Source: Nibricoccus sp. (GTDB lineage Bacteria > Verrucomicrobiota > Verrucomicrobiia > Opitutales > Opitutaceae). From it: a stretch of 64,000 nt of DNA. Made by a program: the position numbers and the translations under genes. Under the pieces are notes generated by a model that saw only the letters and a list, made by a program, of their open reading frames with translations, searched no databases and had not been told where the DNA came from. Shown piece after piece: positions 1 to 9,215 of this stretch; position 1 is the first letter of the stretch; each line of letters begins with the position of its first letter. The DNA lies in NCBI GenBank assembly GCA_047602425.1, contig JASGHG010000001.1:2816001-2880000 (forward strand). The letters run 5' to 3'.

Positions 1-1
1 C

Positions 2-643
2 CTCAATCTCGACGATCCCGAAGAGGCCAACTGGCGCAAAATCGTCGCGAGCGGTCACTCGTATTTCCCCGTCTTCCAAGGCAACCGCGATCAAGTGCTA
101 GGACTTGTTTCCGTGAAAGCGCTTTGGGCGCACTCCGCGATCGGCGTATCCACCAGCCTGAAAAACCTGATGGTCCCGGCGCTGATCGTGCCGGAGACGA
201 TGACGGCGATCCAACTGCTTGAATCCTTCAAGAAATCCAGCCGCCACATTGCTCTCATCAGCGACGAATTTGGCGCGATCCAAGGGCTGACGACTCTCAT
301 CGACGTTTTGGAAGCTATCGTGGGCGATCTGCCCGCACAAGGCCGTCGTGAGGCGCCGGGCGCGAGACAACGCGAGGACGGTTCCTGGCTGGTCGACGCC
401 ACGCTGGCGATCAGCGACGTCAAGCGTATGTTTAAGTTGGATACGCTGCCGCACGAAGAGGAAGCCGACTTTCAAACGCTGGGCGGTTTCGTGATGACTC
501 ATTTCGGACGCATCCCGGCGGCGGGCGATTATTTCGACCACGAAGGCTGGCGCTTCGAAGTAGTCGACATGGACCGCCACCGCGTCGACAAGGTCCTTGT
601 TGCAAAAGCACCCGCATCGGCGGTGGAAAAAGCCGCGGGGTAG
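2..643 (+). CDS. Hemolysin/CorC-HlyC family CBS-domain protein (5' truncated by window)
   Basis: Frame open from base 2 (SGHSYFPVF); DEFGAIQGLTTLIDVLEAIVG CBS motif; C-terminal TLGGFV...GRIP transporter-associated domain. Confidence 0.9.
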   Translation, partial: LNLDDPEEANWRKIVASGHSYFPVFQGNRDQVLGLVSVKALWAHSAIGVSTSLKNLMVPALIVPETMTAIQLLESFKKSSRHIALISDEFGAIQGLTTLIDVLEAIVGDLPAQGRREAPGARQREDGSWLVDATLAISDVKRMFKLDTLPHEEEADFQTLGGFVMTHFGRIPAAGDYFDHEGWRFEVVDMDRHRVDKVLVAKAPASAVEKAAG

Positions 644-654
644 AATCCGGTGTC

Positions 655-1014
655 ATGAACACCCGGCTGAAAGTCTTGTTTGTTTGCGCGATGAACAAGC
701 AGCGCAGTGTGACGGCCGAATGTCTTTATCGGAATGATCCACGGCTCGAGGTCCGCTCGGCGGGTGTTCGGGAGGGGGCGGCAAGGCGGGTGAGCGAAGC
801 GGACCTCAAATGGGCGGACGTTGTTTTTGTGATGGAGCGGGATCAGAAGCAGTGGATCGCCGAACGCTTTCGCGAAACGGATTTACCGCCCATCGACGTA
901 TTGGATATTCCGGACGATTTCGACGTCATGGAGCCGCAGCTCCAGGAAATCATGCGCTCGTTGCTCGATCCCGAACTCGATCACTTGGTGCGCACGAAAA
1001 AGCCGCAACCTTGA
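655..1014 (+). CDS. Low-molecular-weight protein tyrosine phosphatase-like protein
   Basis: VLFVCAMNKQRS (CX5R-S loop), RSAG, WADVVFVME, LDIPDD. Confidence 0.85.
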   Translation: MNTRLKVLFVCAMNKQRSVTAECLYRNDPRLEVRSAGVREGAARRVSEADLKWADVVFVMERDQKQWIAERFRETDLPPIDVLDIPDDFDVMEPQLQEIMRSLLDPELDHLVRTKKPQP

Positions 1015-1057
1015 TGGTCGCGGCTTTTTTCAAACTAGAGGTATTGACTGGATTGGC

Positions 1058-2041
1058 TCAGAACAGCTTTCCGGCGACGACGCCGACGGCGGAAATCGGG
1101 CCGGAGTCGCCCATGCCGTCGACGGCGCTGTCCACTTTGCGCAGGGTGGCCTGAGCGTCGCGAATCAGTTGGTCGTTGGTGATGAGCTGGCCGAAAGTGC
1201 TGTTCGGATTGTTCAGCTTTTCGGAGAGGTCGCGCAGGTTCTTCACGACGAGCTTGATGTTATTCCCGGCTTCCTCGTCATACACCAGCGTGCCGACGGT
1301 GCCTTTACCGGTTTTGACTTGATCGATAATGGTCTGCGTATTTGCGAGGAAGGTGCGCGCATCGGCCGCGGCGCCCTTGATCTCGTTGACGGTGGCAAGC
1401 AGTTCGTTGTAAGCGGCGGGATCGTTGACGAGCTTGCCGAGGGTTCCCTCGCCGTTGCGGATCTTGGCGGTGATCTCCTCGACGTTGGCCATGGTGGCGG
1501 AGATTTTCGCGCTGTTTTCGGCGACGAGCTTGTCGAGTTTTTGGAAGAGACCACCTTGGCCGTCGGATCCGCCGGAAAACGAGGCGAGCGCGTTTTTGAT
1601 GTCCTGGCCGAGGCTGCCGAGATCGGCCATAACCTGGTTCAAATCGCCAACATCCCGGGTGCGGAGCTCTGAGCCCGGCTCATGAACACCTGCTTCGGGA
1701 CTGCCGAGGTTGAGCGAAACGTAGTTGGTGCCGATGAGGCCGGCCATCGAGATGGAGGCGACGGAATCCTTGGCAATTTTATACTGCGGTTGGATGTTGA
1801 GCACGGCTTCGGCGCGGCTGCCGGTGAGCTGGGTGCGCTCGACGATGCCGATGCGGACGCCGGCCATGCGGACGTCGTCGCCGGCCTTGAGTTCCTTGAG
1901 CGTGCGGAAACCGGCCACGACGGTGTAGCCCTTCTTTGTGTTGACGCTGTTGCCGCGCAGGGCGTCGAAGGTCACCCAGGCGAGCACGATGCCGATGAAA
2001 AAGAAAACGCCGACGCGGGCGGACATTTGTGTGTGGTTCAT
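1058..2041 (-). CDS. mlaD: MlaD/MCE family protein with long helical C-terminus
   Basis: N-terminal TM helix, MCE motif LKAGDDVRMAGVRIGIV, GLIGTNYVSL; downstream of mlaE/mlaF-like genes. Confidence 0.85.
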   Translation of the reverse strand: MNHTQMSARVGVFFFIGIVLAWVTFDALRGNSVNTKKGYTVVAGFRTLKELKAGDDVRMAGVRIGIVERTQLTGSRAEAVLNIQPQYKIAKDSVASISMAGLIGTNYVSLNLGSPEAGVHEPGSELRTRDVGDLNQVMADLGSLGQDIKNALASFSGGSDGQGGLFQKLDKLVAENSAKISATMANVEEITAKIRNGEGTLGKLVNDPAAYNELLATVNEIKGAAADARTFLANTQTIIDQVKTGKGTVGTLVYDEEAGNNIKLVVKNLRDLSEKLNNPNSTFGQLITNDQLIRDAQATLRKVDSAVDGMGDSGPISAVGVVAGKLF

Positions 2042-2043
2042 AG

Positions 2044-2841
2044 TTAGGCCTCCAGTTTTTGATAACGGGGATTCTTAAGGTCGATTTGCGGATTTAAAAA
2101 GTCGACGACGTCCGGGTCGGTGACGCGACGGAGCTCGTCGGCGGTGGAAACCGTGCGCAGCGTGCCTTTCATGAGGATCGCGATGCGATCGGCGATGGTG
2201 AGCGCGAGGTCGCGGTCATGGGAAACGACGATGGTCGTGACTTGGAACTCATGTTTCAGCGTGGCGATGATTTCGCTGATGGTGGCGGACATCACCGGGT
2301 CGAGTTCGGAAGTGGGTTCGTCGTAGAGGAGAAGCTGAGGCTCCATGACCAGCGCGCGGGCAATGGCCACGCGTTTCTTCATGCCGCCGGAGAGCTCGGA
2401 AGGGAATTTTTTCGCGGCGTTTTCCAACGAGAGAATTTTCAACGCCCGCATCACGCGTTCGCGGATTTCGTGCTTGGTGCAGAGACGGTGCTCGAGCGGA
2501 TAGAGCGCGAGGTTTTCGTAGACGGAAAGGGAGTTGAAGAGCGCGCCCGCCTGGAAAACGAGGGCGAGGGCAAAACGATCGCGGGTGTCGGGATCCGTGG
2601 GATCGTAGCCGTTGATGCGAACGGTGCCGCTGTTCGGAGTTTCGAGGCCGGCGATGTGGCGGAGAAGCACGCTTTTGCCCGAACCGCTGGGACCCATGAT
2701 GACGAAGATTTCCCCAGGCTTGATGGTGAGGCTGACGTCTTTGAGGACGGTTTGGTTGTCGAATTTCTTCGACAGGTGGGCGACCTCGACGCCGACCGGG
2801 TTGCGGTCGGTGCGGTTATGAGTTGTGGGGGGCTTGTTCAT
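2044..2841 (-). CDS. mlaF: ABC transporter ATP-binding protein (MlaF/Mkl-like)
   Basis: GPSGSGKS, LSGGMKKRVAIARA, LLYDEPT; ATG at 2841 overlaps mlaE stop (TAATG). Confidence 0.85.
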   Translation of the reverse strand: MNKPPTTHNRTDRNPVGVEVAHLSKKFDNQTVLKDVSLTIKPGEIFVIMGPSGSGKSVLLRHIAGLETPNSGTVRINGYDPTDPDTRDRFALALVFQAGALFNSLSVYENLALYPLEHRLCTKHEIRERVMRALKILSLENAAKKFPSELSGGMKKRVAIARALVMEPQLLLYDEPTSELDPVMSATISEIIATLKHEFQVTTIVVSHDRDLALTIADRIAILMKGTLRTVSTADELRRVTDPDVVDFLNPQIDLKNPRYQKLEA

Positions 2842-3593
2842 TACGCGAGGGCCTTGGTGATGAAGTAGTCGAGGATCAGGATGGTGACCAGCGAGAGCAC
2901 GACTGAGCGGGTGACGGCGTAACCGATTTCGCGCGGACCGCCCTTGGTGCGCAGGCCGGTGTTGCAGGCGATGAGCATGATGCAGAAGCCAAAAATCTCG
3001 GCCTTGAGCAGGCCCTTGAAAACTTTTGCCGGTGTAAGGAAGGACGTGAGACTGTGGAAATATTGTTCGGAGCTGACGCCGATAAATCCGACGTATTCGC
3101 AAACGATCGCGCCGCCGAACCAGCCGATGACAATGCCGATGATTGTGATAATCGGCATGTATAACAACACGGCCACTAGGCGGGGGAGAACGAGGAAACG
3201 TTCCGGTGGAATGTTCATCGTCGTGAGCGCGTCGATTTCCTGATAGACCTTCATGGACGCGAGTTCGGCCGTGGTCGCGGAAGCGACGCGGCCTGCAAGC
3301 AGGATCGCCACCATCACCGGTCCGAGTTCGCGCACAAGGGATTCGCCGACGAGCGTGCCGATGACTTGTTTCATGCCGACCGACTGCAGGGTGAGGCCGG
3401 CCTGAAGAGCGAGCACAGCGCCGATGAAGAAGCTGAGAATGGAAACGATTGGCAGCGAAGAGTAGCCGCCAAAAAAGGCCTGCTCGACCACGCGCTTGAT
3501 GATGCGCGGGGCGCTGGGCAGCGACACGAAGGCGCGGTACGCGAGAACGACCGCGCTGCCGAGTCCTTCGAAAACGGTGTTTACTTTATTCAT
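2841..3593 (-). CDS. mlaE: MlaE family ABC permease
   Basis: RELGPVMVAILLAGRV, AELASMKVYQEIDAL, GYAVTRSVV motifs. Confidence 0.9.
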   Translation of the reverse strand: MNKVNTVFEGLGSAVVLAYRAFVSLPSAPRIIKRVVEQAFFGGYSSLPIVSILSFFIGAVLALQAGLTLQSVGMKQVIGTLVGESLVRELGPVMVAILLAGRVASATTAELASMKVYQEIDALTTMNIPPERFLVLPRLVAVLLYMPIITIIGIVIGWFGGAIVCEYVGFIGVSSEQYFHSLTSFLTPAKVFKGLLKAEIFGFCIMLIACNTGLRTKGGPREIGYAVTRSVVLSLVTILILDYFITKALA

Positions 3594-5167
3594 GGCTGAG
3601 TGGGCTCGGTTTTGGCGGGCCTGCGTTTGAAATCGAAGAGGAAAATCCGCCAGCGACTCTCGGGTGTTTCACGTTTCCAACCGATCAGGCCGCACCCGAT
3701 CGCAACGCGGTTGGCGGCAGTTCCTTTGTCGACGCTGAAAAGAGGCCCGAGGTGAAACTCACGCTGTGACGGAGAGCGGCGCCACGAGATGAAATTCCAG
3801 AGCAAGGTGTGCTTCCGGTCGTCGGGCGTTGCCTGATCGTAGCGGTAAATGGAGAAGAGCGGATCCCAGCTGAGCTTGATCGGCTCGTTGTACGGAAACA
3901 GCGACGAGAAGAGGCTGAGCGCCTGGAATTGTTTTTGGCCGGCGCCGTTGTCCCAATAGCTAACCAAAGGCCAGAGGTGTGTCTTGCGTGCAGGCGGCAG
4001 ATGGGGTTTTTTTGCGCTGCGCTGGACATTCGAGTTCCAGACGAACCACAGAAAACGATTGTGCGTTTGGTCGAGACCGGCATCGGTCCAGGTCTTGTGA
4101 CACCAGAGCGGCCAAAGCACCCACGTTTTGTCGATGCCCTTGCGGATCGAGTGCGTGTAGAACGGACCCCAACGGTTGACGTAGGCCTGGTCGCCGCGGC
4201 CCTGCACAAAAAGCGGCCAGAAATAACTCGTCTCGTGATACCGCACTGGAGAGATCCGGTCGGTATAACCAAAAAACGGCCCGACGAAGGTCTTTTTTGT
4301 GACTTCAGGGCTGGTGTAACTGGCATAAAAAGGCAGCACACCAAAGCTGACTCTCGGTTGTTCCTGCCAAAGCGCGTGCTCGTCTTTGTAGATGAGCGGC
4401 CAGAGATAAAATTGTTCGCGATAAGCGCCTTCTTTTTCGCGTCGACCGAAGAGCGGCCAGAATGTGAACCCATGGTTGCCCTCGCCCTCGATCTTGCGAA
4501 AAAACGGCCAGAGCACGGCGGTGGTCGTGACATTATGTTTTTCGGCGCGCGCGTAGATCGGGAATAACGTCCAGCTCAGATGATCGAGGCCAAAACGCTT
4601 GTGGATGGTGCCGTGAATCGGGAAAACCGCGTGATACGAAGTCGCAGGATCCTGCGTGTCGCGGGAAAAATAGACCGGCCACAAATCAAAACCGCCGGGC
4701 TGTATTTGGCGCCCGCCGGTCGCTGATGCGGTCGTTTCGCTTGGCTGGCCATCGGCACGGTAGCTGTTGATCAAATTGAAGAAACTCCATCGATGGCCAT
4801 AGCGCGTGGTGTGGTAACTAAAAATTGGATACAAGAAGTAAGATGACCTGTTGCCATTGTCGGGATTGGTTTTCTCGACATAGAAAGGCCGGAAGCCGCC
4901 GGCGGTTTGGGCGGGTGCATCCTGCGTAGGATAGGCGCCATGGAAGAAAAACGGCCCGACTGCGCTCCACCGCACGGTGGGAGCCTCGGTTTCACCCTCG
5001 GTCTGGCCGACCCAGAACGGCCAGAGGTTTTGCTCGGCCGCGCGGAGCCCCAAAGCGGGCAGGGCGGCGAAACCCAGCAGCAGGCAGAAAGTCTGGCGTA
5101 GTGTGATGGTTTGTAGTTTCAAGCAGGCGCGGTCAGGCGCACCGGCCTCCAGCGGATGAGTCGGCAA
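3590..5167 (-). CDS. Exported hypothetical protein with many [LF]-[WFY]-P-[LFIV]-[FY] repeats (true start uncertain, probably slightly downstream)
   Basis: 525-aa ORF; signal-like FCLLLGFAALPALGLRA; stop overlaps mlaE start (ATGA). Confidence 0.75.
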   Translation of the reverse strand: MPTHPLEAGAPDRACLKLQTITLRQTFCLLLGFAALPALGLRAAEQNLWPFWVGQTEGETEAPTVRWSAVGPFFFHGAYPTQDAPAQTAGGFRPFYVEKTNPDNGNRSSYFLYPIFSYHTTRYGHRWSFFNLINSYRADGQPSETTASATGGRQIQPGGFDLWPVYFSRDTQDPATSYHAVFPIHGTIHKRFGLDHLSWTLFPIYARAEKHNVTTTAVLWPFFRKIEGEGNHGFTFWPLFGRREKEGAYREQFYLWPLIYKDEHALWQEQPRVSFGVLPFYASYTSPEVTKKTFVGPFFGYTDRISPVRYHETSYFWPLFVQGRGDQAYVNRWGPFYTHSIRKGIDKTWVLWPLWCHKTWTDAGLDQTHNRFLWFVWNSNVQRSAKKPHLPPARKTHLWPLVSYWDNGAGQKQFQALSLFSSLFPYNEPIKLSWDPLFSIYRYDQATPDDRKHTLLWNFISWRRSPSQREFHLGPLFSVDKGTAANRVAIGCGLIGWKRETPESRWRIFLFDFKRRPAKTEPTQP

Positions 5168-5273
5168 CCGTGGCGGGATCGGTGGATCGTTAGGGTCCTA
5201 ACAATAGGGAGTAATTGGCTTTTGCAAAATATATTATGGGTCGGCTGAGGCTTGTGGCTGCGAAAGTGGTTAC

Positions 5274-6263
5274 TTAACGCAGGCAATCGGAGTATGTTGA
5301 GACGGCGATACTCTCGCCCGGTTCCGGAATTCGAAAGTCGCTCGCGCCAAGGCCCGCCGTCCGCAGAGCGTCGCGCAACGCCTCGGGCGGGGCGTCGCGG
5401 CCTTCGTCGGTGAGGTGAAACGTGCCCCAATGCATGGCGGCGCTGACACGCGCGCCCAGATCGCGGTGGATTTGCACAGCCTCGGCCGGATTGCAGTGTT
5501 GTTCGCGCATAAACCAGCGCGGTTCATAGGCGCCGATGGGAATCATCGCAAAATCGGGCGGGCCGAGACGACGCCCGATCTCGGTGAAAAGCGTGGGATG
5601 ATAACCGGTGTCGCCGGCGAAATAGATCCGTGCCGCCCCGGCGTTGATGAAAAATCCACTCCAGAGACGGCTGAATCGTGGGGAACTGAGCCGGTTGCTC
5701 CAATGCTGCGCAGGCGTGGCGGTGATGGCGAGATTTGGCGTTGGCGCGTGGTTTTGCCACCAATCGAGTTCCACGATCCGGCCGAAACCGGCGCGTTCCA
5801 AGAGGTCGCCATTGCCCAGCGGGGTGATGGCGAGCGGTTCGTGAACTTGCGAGAGCAGGCGCAACGTGGGCAGATCGCAATGATCGTAGTGATCGTGGCT
5901 CAGCAGGACGTAGTGAATCTCGGGCAGATCCTGGAAGGGAATGCCGGGAGGATGTGCCCGCGACGGCCCAAAACGCCCAAAAGGTCCGCAGGCGGGTGAA
6001 TACACGGGGTCGGTCAGGAGATTTCCCTGGGGCGTTTCAAGCAGATACGTGGAATGATTGATCCAAGTGGCCCGAATGTCTCCCACACGGATGGGCGGAC
6101 GAGGCGGAACGGTGAAGGCGATTTTTTTTGGCCAGGAAACGGAGCGGCTGGTGAATTTCCAGCGAAGGATTTCGCGCAGCCCGCGGTGTTCCATCGGCGA
6201 TGGATTGAAGAACCGTTGCCCGTCGCAATGGTCGGAAACCGGGTAGGGCCTGGCGATGCTCAT
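5274..6263 (-). CDS. MBL-fold metallo-hydrolase (RomA/NAPE-PLD-like)
   Basis: LSHDHYDHCD, PAQHWS, FAGDTGY, PIGAYEP, MHWGTF. Confidence 0.9.
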   Translation of the reverse strand: MSIARPYPVSDHCDGQRFFNPSPMEHRGLREILRWKFTSRSVSWPKKIAFTVPPRPPIRVGDIRATWINHSTYLLETPQGNLLTDPVYSPACGPFGRFGPSRAHPPGIPFQDLPEIHYVLLSHDHYDHCDLPTLRLLSQVHEPLAITPLGNGDLLERAGFGRIVELDWWQNHAPTPNLAITATPAQHWSNRLSSPRFSRLWSGFFINAGAARIYFAGDTGYHPTLFTEIGRRLGPPDFAMIPIGAYEPRWFMREQHCNPAEAVQIHRDLGARVSAAMHWGTFHLTDEGRDAPPEALRDALRTAGLGASDFRIPEPGESIAVSTYSDCLR

Positions 6264-6418
6264 GGTCGGACAGGAACCTGCCCGCACTTCTTGTTTCTGG
6301 CAACGGAGGTGTGTTGAACGGCTGTTTGCCCGGACTGACGGCTTGCGGAAATCGGAGGAAGCAGGCTGTCTGGACGCATGACACCGACAACGATGCAAAA
6401 TATCAGGAGTGCCGCGCC

Positions 6419-7000
6419 ATGCGCATAAGCGGCGGTGTCGCACGCGGTGTCACGCTGGATGTTCCCAAGGGCGACGCTGTGCGTCCGGCCACGGACGGTA
6501 TGCGTCAGGCAGTCTTTTCAAGCCTCGCGGCGCGGGTTCCGGGCGCGATATTTTTGGACCTTTTTGCTGGTAGCGGGGCATACGGGCTGGAGGCGTTAAG
6601 CCGTGGCGCGTCCGGCGGCACATTCGTCGAAAAAAACACGAAGACCGTCGGCTGTTTGCGGCGAAATATCGCGGCGGTCTGCAAAAGTCTGCGGCGCGAC
6701 GAGTCCGGCTTGAAAGTATTGCAGGGCGACGTGCTCGAATGGACGTTGGGAGCGGTGGAGACGGCGCCGGATTTGATTTTTATCGATCCCCCGTACGAAT
6801 TGATCGTCGAGGTGGGACCTAAGATTTTCGAGAAACTGGGGAAGCTGTTGCGACCGGAACTCGATCCCATTGTTGTCTTTGAAATGCCTGGGGAAATCAC
6901 GCTGACGCCGGTGGGCTGGACCTGCGTCAAGCGGCTGGGAGGCAACGGCGCGCGCCAGCCTACGACGGCGTTTTTTAGAGCCAGCCCAGAGTCGACCTGA
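6419..7000 (+). CDS. rsmD: 16S rRNA m2G966 methyltransferase RsmD
   Basis: MRISGG, RPATD, LDLFAGSGAYGLEALSRGA, DPPY. Confidence 0.9.
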   Translation: MRISGGVARGVTLDVPKGDAVRPATDGMRQAVFSSLAARVPGAIFLDLFAGSGAYGLEALSRGASGGTFVEKNTKTVGCLRRNIAAVCKSLRRDESGLKVLQGDVLEWTLGAVETAPDLIFIDPPYELIVEVGPKIFEKLGKLLRPELDPIVVFEMPGEITLTPVGWTCVKRLGGNGARQPTTAFFRASPEST

Positions 7001-7697
7001 CAATGGCGAGTGCCGCGACGACGGCGGTTTCGGTTCGCAGCACGCGCGGCCCGAGGTGGGCGAGGGCAAAACGATTTTCGCGGAAAGTCGTGCGCTCGGC
7101 GGGCGCCCAGCCGCGTTCGGAGCCGACGGCGAGGATGACGGGTTTTGCCGCGCAGCCTTTCAAGGCGGAGGCGAGGTCGGTGGAAGCCTCGTAATTGTCG
7201 AGTGCGATGCGCATGGCATCTGGCGGAAGGTTCGGCAAGAGCCCGGCGATGTCGCGACCGTGGGTGATTTTCGGCAGACGGGTGCAGAAAGCCTGAGCCG
7301 TGCCCGCGATGAGGTGGCGCCGCCATTCGCCGGACGTCCAAAGCGTGCTGTTGGCATAGGAGGTTTCTCCTCGTTCGGTTGTGACAAAATGAAGTTCGCC
7401 CACGCCGAGCGCGGTGGCTTCCTGAAGGATTTTTCGCGCGGTTTGCGGACGGGGCAGTCCGATAAGAAGCGTGATTGGCGGTAACGGATGGGTTGGTTCG
7501 CCCCAGGCGAACGCAAGGCCGAGGGTGGTACTGGAAATCTCGACGAGGGTCGCCTTGCCGCGAGGACCATTGATCAAGCCGGCGTCGAAGGTGTCGTCTT
7601 TTTGACGACGCAGCACTTCGAGAATGTGGATGGCGCGTGGATCGGTGCGGGGGAGTGGCGCCGCGATTTCCTCGGGCTCGAAGAGAACGATGTTCAC
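6975..7697 (-). CDS. rsmE: 16S rRNA m3U1498 methyltransferase RsmE
   Basis: HILEVLR, ATALGV, GSERGW, LGPRVLRTETA SPOUT motifs. Confidence 0.9.
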   Translation of the reverse strand: MNIVLFEPEEIAAPLPRTDPRAIHILEVLRRQKDDTFDAGLINGPRGKATLVEISSTTLGLAFAWGEPTHPLPPITLLIGLPRPQTARKILQEATALGVGELHFVTTERGETSYANSTLWTSGEWRRHLIAGTAQAFCTRLPKITHGRDIAGLLPNLPPDAMRIALDNYEASTDLASALKGCAAKPVILAVGSERGWAPAERTTFRENRFALAHLGPRVLRTETAVVAALAIVRSTLGWL

Positions 7698-7770
7698 AGA
7701 AGGCGGTTGGGCCGCGAAGAAATAATATACGTGGTGGCGGCTGGGTGGCGCAGAGCGAAGCGGCCGGGAA

Positions 7771-7844
7771 TGGTGCGGCTGGAGGGAATCGAACCCTCGA
7801 CACCTGCTTGGAAGGCAGAGGTTTTACCACTAAACTACAGCCGC
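7771..7844 (-). tRNA. tRNA-Gly (TCC)
   Basis: Reverse complement GCGGCTGTAGTTTAGTGGTAAAA...CTTCCAA...GGTTCGATTCC...GCCGCACCA; cloverleaf with encoded CCA. Confidence 0.95.
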
Positions 7845-7986
7845 GAGAGCCCTTAGCTTTTCTCGGGAGCGTGGGGGGTCAAGCTTTCGCTGCGAGGTTC
7901 TTGGGAATTGCAAGAATCGAGGTTTTTTTACAGAACCGGGCTTGGAAAGGAGTTGCGACGTTTTTGCGGGTGGGTTTGATCGGCGC

Positions 7987-9159
7987 ATGGCATTTATTAC
8001 CTCCGCCTCTGCCGGCAAAGGTCCGGCACTTCGTCAACCTCAGCAAGGCCGTCCGAATCTGAAAGCAGCCCAAGCCTTGGCCAAGCAGAAGTCTCTTGAA
8101 AAGAAATCCAAGAACTACCGGTTGCCCTTGGGAGAACTCGCTCTCTTTACCCAGCAGTTGGCCTCGTTGATCACCGCAGGTTTGCCCTTGGTGCAGAGTT
8201 TGGAAGCGCTGCAGGAACAGACGCAGGACTTGGTTTTCCGCATCATCATCCGTGAAGTGCGCATGGATATTGCGAGCGGTAATTCCTTTTCTTCCGCAGC
8301 CAAAAAATATCCAAGGGCTTTCAATACGCTGTTTGTCTCCATGGTCGAGGCCGGTGAAGCCTCGGGTGCGCTCGCGGAAATTTTGGGCAAAGTCGCCTCG
8401 TACTTTGAAGCGAGTGTGAAGCTCACCAAGAAGATTAAGTCCGCAATGACCTATCCGATCGCCGTCATCGGCTTGGCGGTCGTTTTGGTCAACGTGTTGC
8501 TGATTTTCGTGATTCCCGTGTTCGGTGATATGTTTAAGGACATGGGTTCGAAGCTTCCCGCGCCCACGCAAATACTCCTCGATACGAGTAACTTCCTGCG
8601 CGCATATTGGTGGCTGGTAGGCGGTATCTGCGTCGGTGCTTACTTTGGTATCCGCCGTTATATCGAAACCCCGAAAGGCAAAGCGCAGATGGATCGTTTA
8701 GTGGTAAAAGCACCAATTTTTGGCCCGCTTATCCATAAAATCGCGATCTCTCGTTTTTGCCGTACTTATGCCACGTTGATTAAGTCGGGTGTTCCCATTT
8801 TGCGCACGTTGGAAATTACGGCAGCCGCCAGTGGCAAGGTGCAGATCGAAAAGGCCTGCGACGATATCGCCAAACACGTCAGCCAAGGCGGTCAGGTTTC
8901 AGAAGTGCTGGGGGCTGATCCATTTTTCCCGCCAGTCGTGATGCACATGGTGAAGGCCGGTGAATCTACCGGTAACGTTGACGGCATGATGTCGAAGGTC
9001 TCGGACTTTTATGACACGGAAATCGACGCCACCACCGCGGCTTTGACGTCGCTGATCGAGCCCTTGCTCATCGTTTTCCTCGGCGTCGTGGTCGGCGGTA
9101 TCGTCATGGCCATGTTCCTGCCAATCTTCCAGATGGGCTCAGTCATGGGTGGAAACTAA
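7987..9159 (+). CDS. pilC: Type IV pilus inner-membrane platform protein (T2SS F family)
   Basis: FTQQLASLITAGLPL, AGEASGAL, KIKSAMTYP, AGESTG, LIEP, MFLPIF. Confidence 0.85.
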   Translation: MAFITSASAGKGPALRQPQQGRPNLKAAQALAKQKSLEKKSKNYRLPLGELALFTQQLASLITAGLPLVQSLEALQEQTQDLVFRIIIREVRMDIASGNSFSSAAKKYPRAFNTLFVSMVEAGEASGALAEILGKVASYFEASVKLTKKIKSAMTYPIAVIGLAVVLVNVLLIFVIPVFGDMFKDMGSKLPAPTQILLDTSNFLRAYWWLVGGICVGAYFGIRRYIETPKGKAQMDRLVVKAPIFGPLIHKIAISRFCRTYATLIKSGVPILRTLEITAAASGKVQIEKACDDIAKHVSQGGQVSEVLGADPFFPPVVMHMVKAGESTGNVDGMMSKVSDFYDTEIDATTAALTSLIEPLLIVFLGVVVGGIVMAMFLPIFQMGSVMGGN

Positions 9160-9215
9160 TCCCCCGCACAATCTCCGCGTTGCTTTTTGTATAAGATACT
9201 GAGCAGTATAAAACC

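Noticed and set aside
6505..7830. 441-aa minus-strand ORF
   Set aside because: Runs through tRNA-Gly, rsmE (other frame) and rsmD; Arg-rich off-frame artefact
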